The notes: generated from the letters alone by a model not told the origin. Shown: positions 1-10,149, counted from the stretch's first letter. The stretch is 32,000 bases of DNA from Longivirga aurantiaca (GCF_042660085.1 NZ_JBHSTI010000008.1:630001-662000), one strand, 5' to 3'. Numbers and translations: made by a program.

Positions 1-822
1 GCGACGATGTGGAAGCACTCGCACAACGAGCTGCACCACACGTACACGAACGTGCTCGGCCGCGACAACGACCTCGGGTACGGGATCATGCGCGTCGACG
101 AGGACCAGCGCTGGAAGCCGGGCTACATCGCCCAGCCCGTTTGGAACTTCGTCAACATGTGCTTCTTCCAGTACGGCATCGCGGCGTACGACCTCGAGGT
201 GGGCAAGTACCTCGCGGGCCGCAAGGACAAGGACCAGTTCTGGGCCGAGGCCCGCGTGGTGCTCGCCAAGATCCGCTCCCAGGCGACGCGCGACTACGTC
301 GTGCACCCGCTGCTGTCGGGCCCGTCGTTCGTGCCCACGCTCGCGGCCAACGCCACCGCCAACTTCGTGCGCAACGTGTGGACGCACTCGGTCATCATGT
401 GCGGCCACTTCCCCGAGGGAGTCGAGACCTTCTCGAAGACCTCGATCGAGGGCGAGAGCCGCGGCGAGTGGTACCTGCGCCAGATGCTGGGCTCGGCCAA
501 CATCTCGGGCGGCAAGCTGCTGCACATCATGAGCGGCAACCTGTCGTTCCAGATCGAGCACCACCTGTTCCCCGACCTGCCGAGCAACCGCTACCAGGAG
601 ATCGCACCCCAGGTGGAGGCGCTCTTCGAGCGCTACGGCCTCACCTACACCAGCGGCCCGATGGTGAAGCAGGTCGCGTCCGCGTGGACGAAGGTCGTGC
701 GGCTCTCGCTGCCGAACCACTTGCTGCGCAAGGCGTCCCAGGGCGTCGCCGCGGCGACGTCGCTGCCGCGCAAGGTCGTCGCCGCCGTGCTGCCCGACGT
801 CGCGACGAGCGCCGCGGCCTGA
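1..822 (+). CDS. Fatty acid (acyl-CoA) desaturase, C-terminal part; 5' end outside the window
   Basis: ORF open at the left edge, stop TGA 820-822. Protein has membrane desaturase histidine boxes (HSHNELHH and QIEHHLFP). Confidence 0.93.
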   Translation, partial: ATMWKHSHNELHHTYTNVLGRDNDLGYGIMRVDEDQRWKPGYIAQPVWNFVNMCFFQYGIAAYDLEVGKYLAGRKDKDQFWAEARVVLAKIRSQATRDYVVHPLLSGPSFVPTLAANATANFVRNVWTHSVIMCGHFPEGVETFSKTSIEGESRGEWYLRQMLGSANISGGKLLHIMSGNLSFQIEHHLFPDLPSNRYQEIAPQVEALFERYGLTYTSGPMVKQVASAWTKVVRLSLPNHLLRKASQGVAAATSLPRKVVAAVLPDVATSAAA

Positions 823-825
823 CCG

Positions 826-1212
826 TCAGACGCTGCGGCCCCGCAGCCGCTCGGTGATCCGGCGCTCCTTCTTGGTCGGCCGGCCCGACCCGCGCTCGCG
901 CACGATGGGCGCCGCCCGCTCCTCCTTCGGGGGAGGGGGCGGCGTCCTGTCGTCGTAGTTGAGCGCGGCCAGCGTCGCGCTCGTGCGCTTCTCGATCAGG
1001 CCGGTCACGACGACGATGCGCTCTCCGCCGGGGGTGTAGGCGCGGACCGTGTCGCCGATGCGCACCGGGGTGGCGGGCTTCGCGGCGGCGTCGTTGACCT
1101 TCACGTGCCCGGCCTTGCACGCCGCGCTCGCAGCCGATCGGGTGGGGTAGAGGCGGATCGCCCACGTCCACGCGTCGGCGCGGACGCTCGACGGCGGTGG
1201 CGACGCGGGCAT
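826..1212 (-). CDS. RNA-binding S4 domain protein (Hsp15/HslR-like)
   Basis: 128 aa ORF. RADAWTWAIRLYPTRSAASAACKAGHVKVN matches the S4/Hsp15 pattern; basic C-terminal tail. Confidence 0.85.
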   Translation of the reverse strand: MPASPPPSSVRADAWTWAIRLYPTRSAASAACKAGHVKVNDAAAKPATPVRIGDTVRAYTPGGERIVVVTGLIEKRTSATLAALNYDDRTPPPPPKEERAAPIVRERGSGRPTKKERRITERLRGRSV

Positions 1213-1352
1213 GACGTCAGCCTAGGCGGGCCGCGGCGTGGTGCCGGAGACGTTCCGCGGGCGTCGTTCGTCGGACCTGTGCCGCCCCGGGATGCCCGGG
1301 CGGCGCGCATGCCGTTCGATGGCCTGGTGGGGACGACGCGAGGGGGCGAGGC

Positions 1353-3914
1353 GTGATCGGCTGGTTGCGGTCGTCGCGGGCACGGACTGCCGCGGCGGTG
1401 CTGGGCGTGGTCGCGCTGCTCGCCGCCCTTCTCCTCTGGGTCGTCCCTGTGCTGACCGCGGGGCCGACGGTCCGCGAGGAGGCGCTCCGCGTGCCGGTGG
1501 GCGCCGAGCCCGACGGCACGGCGGTCGAGCTCGACGTCGCGGTCTACACGTCCGACGGCGCCACGGCGCCCGCCCCGGCCGTGCTGCTCGCGCACGGGTT
1601 CGGGGGCAAGCGCCAGGACCTCGTCGCACAGGCACGCAGGCTCGCCGCCGAGGGGTACGTCGTCCTCACCTGGACCGCCCGCGGCTTCGGCGAGTCCGGT
1701 GGGCGCATCCACCTGAACGCACCGGCGTACGAGGTGGCCGACGCGAGCGCGCTGGTCGACCTGCTCGCCGCACGCGACGACGTCCAGCTCGACGCCGACG
1801 GCGACCCGCGGGTGGGCATCGCCGGCGGTTCCTACGGCGGCGCCATCGCGCTGCTCGCCGCGGGCTACGACCAGCGGGTCGACGCGATCGCGCCGCGGAT
1901 CACCTGGAACGACCTCGCGGCCTCGCTCTTCCCGCAGTTCGCCACGACGGGCGATCCCAGCACGGCTGCGGCGTTCGACCCCGTCCCCGACCCCGGCGTG
2001 TTCAAGCGGCTCTGGGCGGGCGTGTTCTTCGGCAGCGGCTCGGCGTCCGCCGACGACCCGACCATCTGCGGCCGGTTCGCCGAGGACGTGTGCGACGCGT
2101 ACGGCGCGAGCGCGGCGACCGGCGTGCCGACGCCGGAGATCCTGGACCTCCTCGCCGCCTCGAGCCCGGCGTCGGTGCTCGACCGGATCGAGGCGCCGAC
2201 GCTGCTGCTGCAGGGTCAGGCCGACTCGCTCTTCCCGCTGTCGGAGGGCGACGCCAACGCACGGGGGATCGCAGCGGCCGGCACGCCCGTGAAGCTCGTC
2301 TGGTTCGCCGGCGGCCACGACGGCGGCGACCAGGAGGACGAGCGGCTCGACGCGCTGACCCTCGCCTGGTTCGACCGCTACCTCCGCGACGACGGCACAG
2401 CGGCCGACACCCGCTTCGAGGCGACGGGGCAGGCGGCGTCGCTGTTCGGCGCGCGGACCGGCGCCGACCCGCAGGTGCTCGCCGCGGACGCCGCGCCGGG
2501 CCTCGGCGGCACCGACGTGGTGCGGCGCGAGGTGCCGCTGTCCGGCGGCGCCCAGACCGTGGTCGCCCCGGCGGGCGGCAACCCGGCGCAGGTGTCGAGC
2601 CTGCCGGGGCTCGGCGCCGTCGTGTCGACGCTGCTGCGCGGCTCGCAGCGCGCGCTGCCCGACATCCCGGGCCAGTCCGCCGTCTTCGAGACCGAGCCGT
2701 TCACCGAGACCTTCACGCTGGTGGGCTCGGCGACCGTCGACGTGCGCGTGCGCACCACGGCACCCGACGTGACGCTGTTCGCGCGGCTGCTCGACGTCGG
2801 CCCGGGGGGCAGCGAGGCGGTGCTGCCCAACCGGCTCGTGACCACGGTGCGCCTCGACGGCGGCGCCGACCAGACCGTACGGGTGGTGCTGCCGGCCGTC
2901 GTGCGCGAGCTCCAGCCGGGTCACGCCCTCCGGCTCGTGCTGACGACGACCGACCAGGCGTACGCGATGCCGCCCGATGCCCGCACCTACGACCTCGAGC
3001 TGGCCGGCTCGCGGGCGCTGTCGCTCCCCGACGTGCCGGTCGCGCCGCTGCCGTCGGACAACGCGGGGCTGGTGGCCGCGGCGGTGGTCGTCGGTCTGCT
3101 CGTGCTGGGCCTCGGGGCGCTGGCCGTCGTGGTCGGGCGGCGCGGGCGCCATGTGGCGCAGGACGTCGAGGCGGGGCTCGAGGAGGTGCCGCTGGTCGTG
3201 CGCAACCTCGGGAAGTCATACGCCGGCGGCTTCCGCGCCGTGTCCGACGTGAGCTTCCGGGTGGAGAAGGGCCAGGTGCTCGGCCTGCTCGGCCCGAACG
3301 GTGCCGGCAAGACGACGGTGCTGCGGATGCTGCTCGGGCTCATCCGGCCGTCCGAGGGCGAGCTGCTGGTCTTCGGCCACCGCATCACGCCGGGCGCGCC
3401 GGTGCTGTCGCGGCTCGGCGCCTTCGTCGAGGGCCCCGGCCTGCTCCCGCACCTGTCGGGGCGCGCGAACCTCGAGCTGTTCTGGCGCGTCACGGGACGG
3501 CCGGCCGACGAGGCGTACCTCGACACCGTGCTCGAGGTGGCCGGGCTCGGTGCCGACGTCGACCGCAAGGTGCGCACCTACAGCCAGGGCATGCGCGCCC
3601 GCATCGCGATCGCGCAGGCGATGCTCGGCCTGCCCGAGCTGCTCGTGCTCGACGAGCCGACCAACGGTCTCGACCCGCCTCAGATCCGCGAGGTCCGCGA
3701 GGTGCTGCGCACGTACGCCGAGACCGGGCGCACGGTGGTGGTCTCGAGCCACCTGCTCGCCGAGGTCGAGCGCACCTGCACGCACGTCGTGGTGATGCAC
3801 CGCGGCGAGCTCGTGGCCGCCGGCCCGCTCGACCAGGTCGTGGCCGCGGACGCCGACGACGACTCCGCCGCCGACCTCGAGTCGGTCTTCCTCGGCCTGA
3901 TCGGAGCGACATGA
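1353..3914 (+). CDS. Fusion protein: TM helix - X-Pro dipeptidyl-peptidase/CocE-like alpha/beta hydrolase - TM helix - ABC transporter ATP-binding domain
   Basis: 853 aa single ORF. Nucleophile elbow GIAGGSYGG, C-terminal jelly-roll-like region, second TM stretch LVAAAVVVGLLVLGLGALAVVV, then Walker A GPNGAGKTT, signature YSQGMRARIAIAQAML, Walker B LLVLDEPTNGLD. Confidence 0.9.
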   Translation: MIGWLRSSRARTAAAVLGVVALLAALLLWVVPVLTAGPTVREEALRVPVGAEPDGTAVELDVAVYTSDGATAPAPAVLLAHGFGGKRQDLVAQARRLAAEGYVVLTWTARGFGESGGRIHLNAPAYEVADASALVDLLAARDDVQLDADGDPRVGIAGGSYGGAIALLAAGYDQRVDAIAPRITWNDLAASLFPQFATTGDPSTAAAFDPVPDPGVFKRLWAGVFFGSGSASADDPTICGRFAEDVCDAYGASAATGVPTPEILDLLAASSPASVLDRIEAPTLLLQGQADSLFPLSEGDANARGIAAAGTPVKLVWFAGGHDGGDQEDERLDALTLAWFDRYLRDDGTAADTRFEATGQAASLFGARTGADPQVLAADAAPGLGGTDVVRREVPLSGGAQTVVAPAGGNPAQVSSLPGLGAVVSTLLRGSQRALPDIPGQSAVFETEPFTETFTLVGSATVDVRVRTTAPDVTLFARLLDVGPGGSEAVLPNRLVTTVRLDGGADQTVRVVLPAVVRELQPGHALRLVLTTTDQAYAMPPDARTYDLELAGSRALSLPDVPVAPLPSDNAGLVAAAVVVGLLVLGLGALAVVVGRRGRHVAQDVEAGLEEVPLVVRNLGKSYAGGFRAVSDVSFRVEKGQVLGLLGPNGAGKTTVLRMLLGLIRPSEGELLVFGHRITPGAPVLSRLGAFVEGPGLLPHLSGRANLELFWRVTGRPADEAYLDTVLEVAGLGADVDRKVRTYSQGMRARIAIAQAMLGLPELLVLDEPTNGLDPPQIREVREVLRTYAETGRTVVVSSHLLAEVERTCTHVVVMHRGELVAAGPLDQVVAADADDDSAADLESVFLGLIGAT

Positions 3915-4825
3915 GCAGCACCTCGACGACGCGCGGCGTGCACGACCTGCTGAGGTCTGCGCCCCCGCCCCCGACTGCCGCCGCCGACGGCTCGGCCGCC
4001 GGATGGTCGGCCGGCCGCACGCTGCCGCTGCGGGTCGAGCTCGTGCGCCAGTGGCGGCGCCGGCGTACGCAGCTGGTGCTCGCCGGGCTCGCGCTGTTCC
4101 CGCTCGTGCTGGCCGCGCTGTTCGCCCGCAACCGCGAGGGCGTGGTGACCGGCGGCACACGGTTCGTCGACCTCGCGACCGGCGGCGCGGTGAACTTCGC
4201 GCTGTTCGTGGTGTTCGCGTCGTCGACCCTGCTCATCGTGGTGGTGGTCGCGCTCTTCTGCGGCGACACGGTGGCGAGCGAGGCGGGGTGGTCGTCGCTG
4301 AAGTACCTGCTCGCATCGCCCGTGTCGCGGTCGCGGCTGCTGCGGCAGAAGCTCGTAGTGTCGTTCGGCCTCGCGCTGACCGGTCTCGTGATCCTGCCCG
4401 TGTCCGCGTTGATCTCGGGCGGAATCTTCTTCGGCTTCGGCCCGGCGCGCACTCCGCTCGGCAGCGTGATCCCGACCGGTGAGGCGCTGTTCCGCCTGTC
4501 GATCGTGATCGGCTACCTCGCCGTCTCGATGCTGTTCGTCGCGTCGCTCGCGTTCTTCCTCGGGGTGCACACCGACGCCCCGCTCGGTGCGGTGGGTGGC
4601 GCGGTGATGCTCGTGATCATCTCGACCATCCTCGACCAGGTGGAGGATCTCGGGCCGGTGCGGGAGATCCTGCCGACCCACTACATCGGGGCGTGGGTGG
4701 ACGCGTTCAACGACCCGGTCGTATGGCAGGACATGGGCCGCGGCGCCGTCCTGTCGGTCGCGTACGCCGCGGTGCTGCTCGCCCTGGCGTGGCGCAAGTT
4801 CCTGCGCAAGGACGTGCTCTCGTAG
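3911..4825 (+). CDS. ABC-2 type transporter permease, partner of the upstream fusion
   Basis: ATG at 3911 overlaps the upstream stop (ATGA). Multiple hydrophobic helices and a VASEAGWSSLKYLLASPVSRSRLLRQKL motif typical of ABC-2 permeases. Confidence 0.88.
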   Translation: MSSTSTTRGVHDLLRSAPPPPTAAADGSAAGWSAGRTLPLRVELVRQWRRRRTQLVLAGLALFPLVLAALFARNREGVVTGGTRFVDLATGGAVNFALFVVFASSTLLIVVVVALFCGDTVASEAGWSSLKYLLASPVSRSRLLRQKLVVSFGLALTGLVILPVSALISGGIFFGFGPARTPLGSVIPTGEALFRLSIVIGYLAVSMLFVASLAFFLGVHTDAPLGAVGGAVMLVIISTILDQVEDLGPVREILPTHYIGAWVDAFNDPVVWQDMGRGAVLSVAYAAVLLALAWRKFLRKDVLS

Positions 4826-4868
4826 CGGTGCTCCGACACGCGGCCGTCCCTCTGCCAGACTGCGGGCC

Positions 4869-6254
4869 GTGAGCCCCGACCTGCGTCCCGGCCCGGCCTC
4901 GTTGTGGCGCGCGACCGTGGACGGGCCGCCACCGACGTACCCGCCCCTCCCGGGCGATCGCGACGCCGACGTCGTGATCGTCGGCGCCGGCTACACAGGC
5001 CTCTGGACGGCGTACTACCTGGCCGAGGCCGACCCGTCGCTCCGGATCGTCGTGCTCGACAAGGAGTACGTCGGGTTCGGGGCCTCCGGCCGCAACGGCG
5101 GCTGGTGCTCGGCGATCTACCCGGCGTCGATGCGACGGGTGTCTGCCCTCGCGGGTCGCGATGCCGCGATCCGCATGCAGCGGGCGATGAACGGCACCGT
5201 GCTCGAGGTGGGCGCGGTGGCCGAGGCCGAGGGGATCGAGTGCGGCTTCCGGGCCGGCGGCTACGCCTCGGTCGCGCGCAACGAGGCCCAGCTCGCGCGT
5301 TCGCAGGCCGAGGCGGCCGGCTGGGCGGCGTACGGGATGTCCGACCAGCTGACGCTGCTGGGCCAGGTGGAGGCGTCGAACCGCGTCAGGGCCACGGGCG
5401 TGCTCGGCGGCACCTACACCCCGCATTGCGCCGCGCTGCAGCCGTTCTCGCTCGTGGTCGGTCTCGGAACGGCGGTGGCCCGACGCGGCGTGACGATCCA
5501 CGAGGGCACCGAGGTCATCGGGATCGAGCAGGGGCGCGTCACGACGACGCGCGGCGTGGTGCGCGCCGACGTCGTGGTGCGCGCGACCGAGGGCTTCACG
5601 CCGACGCTGCCCGGCGTGCACCGGTCGGTGGTGCCGATGTACTCGCTGATGGTGGCGACCGAGCCCTTCTCGGACGACCTCTGGGGGCAGATCGGCCTCG
5701 CCGAGCGGGAGACCTTCAGCGACAAGCGGCACCTGAGGATCTACGGGCAGCGCACCGCCGACGGGCGCATCGCCTTCGGCGGGCGTGGGGCGCCGTACCA
5801 CTGGGGGTCGAGCGTGCGTCCCGAGCACGACGTCGACGACCGGGTGCACGCGATGCTGCGGCGCATCCTCGTCGAGCTGTTCCCCGCCCTCGGCGGCGTG
5901 CGGTTCACGCACGCCTGGGGCGGCAACCTCGGGATCCCGCGCGACTGGACGCCGTCGGTCACGTTCGACGCCGCGACCGGGCTCGCCCAGGCGGGCGGCT
6001 ACGTCGGCGACGGGGTCGCGACGGCGAACCTCGCGGGCCGGATGCTCCGCGACGCGATCCTGCGCACGTCCGGCAGCGAGCTGCTCGACCTTCCCCTCTA
6101 CGGCCACCGTTCCCGAGCCTGGGAGCCGGAACCCCTGCGCTGGACCGGCGTCAACGCGGTCACGGCGCTCTTCTCCGCGGCCGACCGCACCGAGGCCCGC
6201 ACGGGTCGGCCGTCGCGCGCGGCCGCCCGCTTCTGGCGCACGCTCGGCCACTGA
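4869..6254 (+). CDS. FAD-dependent oxidoreductase (DAO family, gamma-glutamylputrescine oxidase-like)
   Basis: N-terminal DVVIVGAGYTGLWTAYYLAEADPSLRIVVLDKE dinucleotide-binding fold, GFGASGRNGGW motif, HAWGGNLGIPRDWTPSV near the C-terminus. Confidence 0.9.
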   Translation: MSPDLRPGPASLWRATVDGPPPTYPPLPGDRDADVVIVGAGYTGLWTAYYLAEADPSLRIVVLDKEYVGFGASGRNGGWCSAIYPASMRRVSALAGRDAAIRMQRAMNGTVLEVGAVAEAEGIECGFRAGGYASVARNEAQLARSQAEAAGWAAYGMSDQLTLLGQVEASNRVRATGVLGGTYTPHCAALQPFSLVVGLGTAVARRGVTIHEGTEVIGIEQGRVTTTRGVVRADVVVRATEGFTPTLPGVHRSVVPMYSLMVATEPFSDDLWGQIGLAERETFSDKRHLRIYGQRTADGRIAFGGRGAPYHWGSSVRPEHDVDDRVHAMLRRILVELFPALGGVRFTHAWGGNLGIPRDWTPSVTFDAATGLAQAGGYVGDGVATANLAGRMLRDAILRTSGSELLDLPLYGHRSRAWEPEPLRWTGVNAVTALFSAADRTEARTGRPSRAAARFWRTLGH

Positions 6255-6258
6255 CGGC

Positions 6259-6295
6259 GACGGCCCACCGGGAGCGATGCTCCCGACGGGCCGTC
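6259..6295. terminator. Strong hairpin between convergent genes; candidate bidirectional terminator without an obvious U-tract
   Basis: GACGGCCC-acc-GGGAGC-gat-GCTCCC-gac-GGGCCGTC: 8-bp outer stem, 3x3 internal loop, 6-bp inner stem. Confidence 0.7.
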
Positions 6296-6322
6296 CCCGG
6301 TCCTGCATGTGTCAGAGAGAGG

Positions 6323-8296
6323 TCACGTGCCGGTGATGATGCGCGGTGCGGTCATGGTGTCCTGGCCGTGCATGTAGTTGGCCGGTACGTAGACGCGGTA
6401 CTCCCACGTGCCGGGCTGCACGACGATCTTGGCCGTGATCGCGCCGGTGGTCTGGGCGGTGCCCTGCCAGAGGTTGGAGTAGCTGCCGGTCGTCCCGACC
6501 TTGCGGGCGATGACCCACACGGTCCGCTGGTTGCCCGGCGTCACCGAGATGCCGTCGAGGTAGGTCCAGCCCGCCGCGACCGTCGACGTGGTGGTGTCGA
6601 AGCCCGAGACGGTGGTCTTCGCCGAGACGGTGCGGACGGCGGAGCCCACCGGGCCGTACGTCTTCCACGCCGGGGCGTACACGCGCCACTCCCAGATGCC
6701 GACCAGGACGCTGCCGGTGAACGGGATGCTGCAGCCGACGTTGGTGGTCTGGGTGGTCACGGTGTACCAGCTCGTCGCACCCTGCAGGCGGCGCTGCAGG
6801 ACCGCGGGGCGACCCGACTGGCTCCCGCAGGTGACGGCGACGGTCGAGCTGAACGTGCCGCCGCTCGCGGCGGTGAGGGAGGTGGAGGCCCAGCCGCTGA
6901 TGCTCGACGGCGCGTACGGCGTCACGGCGGCGGCGAAGGACGCGGGGCCGTCGCCGAGCGCGTTGAACGGGACGACCTTGACGGTGGCGCTGGCGCCGTT
7001 GGTGGCGGTGACAGCCGCGCTCGTCGTGGTGACGATCTTCTTCTGGACGCCGTTGACGTACACGCGGTACGACGTCGCCCCCTCGCCGGCGGGCGCCGCC
7101 ACCCAGGTGGCGTTCACGGTGGCGTTGCCGGCCTTCGCGGTGAGGCCCGAGACCGCACCCGGGACCGCCTTGGCGGCGGCGGAGATGCTCGTGGGCAGCG
7201 AGTCGCCCTCGCTGTTGACCGCGACGACGCTGAACTTCTGGACGACGCCGTTCGTGAGCCCGGTGGCGGTGAACGAGGCGGCGTTGGCGGGGAGGTTCAA
7301 GGCGAGGCCCTTGTCCGACGTGACGCGGTAGCCGAGCACCGGAGCCCCGTTGGTGGACGCCGGCGGCGCCCAGGTCAGGAGCACCTTGCCGTTGTACGGC
7401 GTCGCCGCGAGGCTGCGCACGGGCGTCGTGATGTTGCGGACGGTCTGCGACCAGGTGCCGCTGACGGAGTAGCCGACCGCGGTGCCGCCGGGCGTCGCGA
7501 TGGAGAACGCACCGCTCGAGACCCCGGTCTTCGTCGGGAGCGCGAGGGTGCCGGCCGCGGTCGACCAGTCGGCGGTGTCGTCGCTGCCGTTGGTGAAGGA
7601 CGGCACGCAGGTGGGGAGGCCCGACAGGCAGATGTAGCCGCCGCCGAACACGTCGTTGTCGTCGTCCCACATCACGAACCGCAGAGGCCGGTTCTGCTGC
7701 GCCCCGGCGATCGAGTGCGTGCGCGCGGTGCTGGGCACGGAGTAGGTGCCGCCGGTGCTCCAGGCCCAGTAGGTGCTCGTGGCGCCGAGCTGCCGGTAGG
7801 CGCCCAGCTCGGAGGTGCTGACCTTGGAGCCCATCCAGTAGAAGTCGCCCGCACCGGTGGAGTCGGAGTCGTTCGTGAGCGACACCTTGTCGAACGTGAC
7901 CGTGAGGTCGCGTCGCGGCGTGCGCAGCGTGCCCTCCTCGGTGCGGACGTTGCCGAACGAGTCGGCCGCCTTCACGACGTAGCGGTACCAGGCGCCCTGC
8001 GAGAGCCCGGTCTGCATGTCGTAGCTGCGGGTCGAGGTGAGGGCAGATCCGGCGGCCGGTGCGAACGACTTCACCTTGGTGGCGCCGAAGTAGATGTCGG
8101 CCGACACGAGGGTCGGGCTGCTGGTGGACACGTCGAGGCGCAGGCCGTCGGGGTACGGAGTCGCCGTGATGGCGCTGATGCAGTCGGTCTGGCACGGCGT
8201 CGCGGCGGACGCCGACGGCGCGACGGCGAGCGTGCTGCCGAGGATCGCGGCGGCGGTGACGCCGGCGGCTGCGGCGCGGCGTGCGGTGCGGTTCAT
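6323..8296 (-). CDS. Secreted fibronectin type III-like repeat protein
   Basis: Signal peptide MNRTARRAAAAGVTAAAILGSTLAVAPSASA; FnIII-like segments (PYNGKVLLTWAPPASTNGAPVLGYRVTS, KAGNATVNATWVAAPAGEGATSYRVYVNG); AGGAGAG RBS just upstream of the ATG. Confidence 0.85.
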   Translation of the reverse strand: MNRTARRAAAAGVTAAAILGSTLAVAPSASAATPCQTDCISAITATPYPDGLRLDVSTSSPTLVSADIYFGATKVKSFAPAAGSALTSTRSYDMQTGLSQGAWYRYVVKAADSFGNVRTEEGTLRTPRRDLTVTFDKVSLTNDSDSTGAGDFYWMGSKVSTSELGAYRQLGATSTYWAWSTGGTYSVPSTARTHSIAGAQQNRPLRFVMWDDDNDVFGGGYICLSGLPTCVPSFTNGSDDTADWSTAAGTLALPTKTGVSSGAFSIATPGGTAVGYSVSGTWSQTVRNITTPVRSLAATPYNGKVLLTWAPPASTNGAPVLGYRVTSDKGLALNLPANAASFTATGLTNGVVQKFSVVAVNSEGDSLPTSISAAAKAVPGAVSGLTAKAGNATVNATWVAAPAGEGATSYRVYVNGVQKKIVTTTSAAVTATNGASATVKVVPFNALGDGPASFAAAVTPYAPSSISGWASTSLTAASGGTFSSTVAVTCGSQSGRPAVLQRRLQGATSWYTVTTQTTNVGCSIPFTGSVLVGIWEWRVYAPAWKTYGPVGSAVRTVSAKTTVSGFDTTTSTVAAGWTYLDGISVTPGNQRTVWVIARKVGTTGSYSNLWQGTAQTTGAITAKIVVQPGTWEYRVYVPANYMHGQDTMTAPRIITGT

Positions 8297-8548
8297 GGCT
8301 GTCTCTCCTACGTGGGGACCGGGTGTCCCGTCACGTCAGACGCTCGTGCCTGCGGTGGGTCCCGCACCTGAGCAGCGACTACTCACCTTCGCTCCGGCGC
8401 TACCTAGGCAGCCGGGCTGGTGGTCGCTTCACGGGAGGCCTGCTCGCCGACGACCAGTTCTGGTGGTGGCCGGATTCGCCTGTGGTTGCTGTGGATTTCT
8501 CCTGTCGGTGGTCGGTGCATTGTCGGAGGTGGTTGGCATGATGGGGTC

Positions 8549-10024
8549 ATGTCCCAGGCCACCTTCGTCGATCCGGCGGTGGAGTTCGCGCGCCTGGTCG
8601 CGGGTGCGCGGGGTCTGCTGGGCGAGGCGTCGGTGCTGGCCGGTTCCGGCGCTGTGTCTGAGGTGCAGCTGGCGGGTCTGCCGGAGCTGACGGCGGAGCT
8701 GTTCGCGGTCCGCGACGCCGCCCACGCCCTGGGCGTGGTCGCGGTGGACCGCCTGGACGCCTCGGGGGTGCTGGCGTCGGCGGGGTTCGGGTCGACGACG
8801 GCGTTCCTGACCCAGCGCACCGGCATGGCCCCGGGCAGGGCCGGCAGCGTCGTCTCGGGTGCGCGGACGCTGCGCTCGTATGCCGCGACGCGGGTCGCGC
8901 TGGTCGCGGGCCGGGTCACCCCGGACCTGGCGGCTGCCCTGGTGCGCGGCAGCGAGGCGGCGATCGCGGACAGGACCGCCGACGACCGGGTGCAGTGGCG
9001 GGCGTTCTGCGAGGACTACCTCCTCCCGATCGCGGAGCAGGGGTCGGTGGAGGAGGTCGCGGGCGCTGCCGCGGTGCTCAAGGAGATCCTGGACCCGGAG
9101 GCCGCGGCCCGGCGCAAGGAGGAGTCGATGGCGGGCCAGTTCCTCACCGTGACCCGGGTCGGGGACCAGTTCGTGATCAAGGGCGCCCTGACCCTGGAGG
9201 ACGGCGCCGCGCTCAAGGTGCTGCTGGACCGGATGCGCGACGCGAAGTTCCGCACGGGATCCCTGACCCCGGACGAGCAGCCCACCGGCGACGCCGCGGT
9301 CGACGAGCGGCGGCGCCGGATCGCCGCGGCGCACCAGGACGCCCTGTCGTTGAACCACCTCGTGCAGCTGTGGCTGGCCGGCGGCATGGTCGGCCGCGCC
9401 CACGGGGTCCGCCCGCACGTCACCATCGCGACCACGGTCGACGACCTCGACGCCGGGTTCCCCGGCGAGATGACCGTCCCCGGGATGTCGTCCCCGGTGC
9501 TGGTCAACGCCGAGACGGTGAAGCGGATGCTGTGCGACGCGTCGGTGACCGAGATCGGCGTCATCGGGTCCGTCCCCGACCGGCACGCGCACCACCACGG
9601 CGGCGTCCCCTGCCACGGCGCTGCCCACCGGGGGCGACACGGCCACGTCCACGGCGTCGGCGGCTGCGAGCTGCACCCCGGCTCGGCGCGGTTGCTGCGC
9701 CGCCGCCATCACGTCTGGGACGAGGGCCGCCGCTACCGCACCGTCCCACCCCGCCTGCGTCGGGCGCTGGACCTCCGCGACCAGCACTGCGCGTTCCCGG
9801 GCTGCCGGATCGCGGTCGGGTGGTGCGAGGCCCACCACATCCTCGAGTGGGAGTACGGCGGCGCCACCGACCTCGACAACCTCACGTTGTTGTGCGCGAA
9901 GCATCACCACGCGGTGCACGAGGGCGGCTGGACCATCGTGAAGAACCCCGGCATCGACCCGGGATGCCCGACCTGGCTCGCCTTCGACCCACCCGACCCC
10001 GTCCCCGTCCGAACCCGGCCCTGA
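8549..10024 (+). CDS. DUF222 / 13E12-repeat-type HNH endonuclease domain protein
   Basis: ORF 8420-10024 with likely start MSQATFVDP at 8549. HNH region RDQHCAFPGCRIAVGWCEAHHILEWEYGGATDLDNLTLLCAKHHHAVHEGGW. Confidence 0.9.
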   Translation: MSQATFVDPAVEFARLVAGARGLLGEASVLAGSGAVSEVQLAGLPELTAELFAVRDAAHALGVVAVDRLDASGVLASAGFGSTTAFLTQRTGMAPGRAGSVVSGARTLRSYAATRVALVAGRVTPDLAAALVRGSEAAIADRTADDRVQWRAFCEDYLLPIAEQGSVEEVAGAAAVLKEILDPEAAARRKEESMAGQFLTVTRVGDQFVIKGALTLEDGAALKVLLDRMRDAKFRTGSLTPDEQPTGDAAVDERRRRIAAAHQDALSLNHLVQLWLAGGMVGRAHGVRPHVTIATTVDDLDAGFPGEMTVPGMSSPVLVNAETVKRMLCDASVTEIGVIGSVPDRHAHHHGGVPCHGAAHRGRHGHVHGVGGCELHPGSARLLRRRHHVWDEGRRYRTVPPRLRRALDLRDQHCAFPGCRIAVGWCEAHHILEWEYGGATDLDNLTLLCAKHHHAVHEGGWTIVKNPGIDPGCPTWLAFDPPDPVPVRTRP

Positions 10025-10096
10025 AGAAGGGCAGGCCGCACTCGGGACCGATCAGCACCGCAGGCAGACCGCACCACCCGACAGGGCGCGGTCCCC

Positions 10097-10149
10097 GTGG
10101 CATGTCCGGACACAGATCACACCGCGAGAAGTAACCGGCAATCGGCATC
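10097..10149 (+). repeat. Degenerate member (A) of the intergenic family, after the first DUF222-HNH gene
   Basis: gtggcatgtccggacacagatcacaccgcgagaagtaaccggcaatcggcatc; right half matches ...gagaaggaaccggcactagacatc of copy B. Confidence 0.5.

Noticed and set aside
1101-3152. Long antisense ORF (683 aa), and similar long ORFs such as 4904..8371, 1238..3910, 3216..4160 and 21595..24834
   Set aside because: Low-complexity R/A/G/H-rich translations opposite or out of frame with clearly homologous genes, typical of high-GC shadow ORFs.
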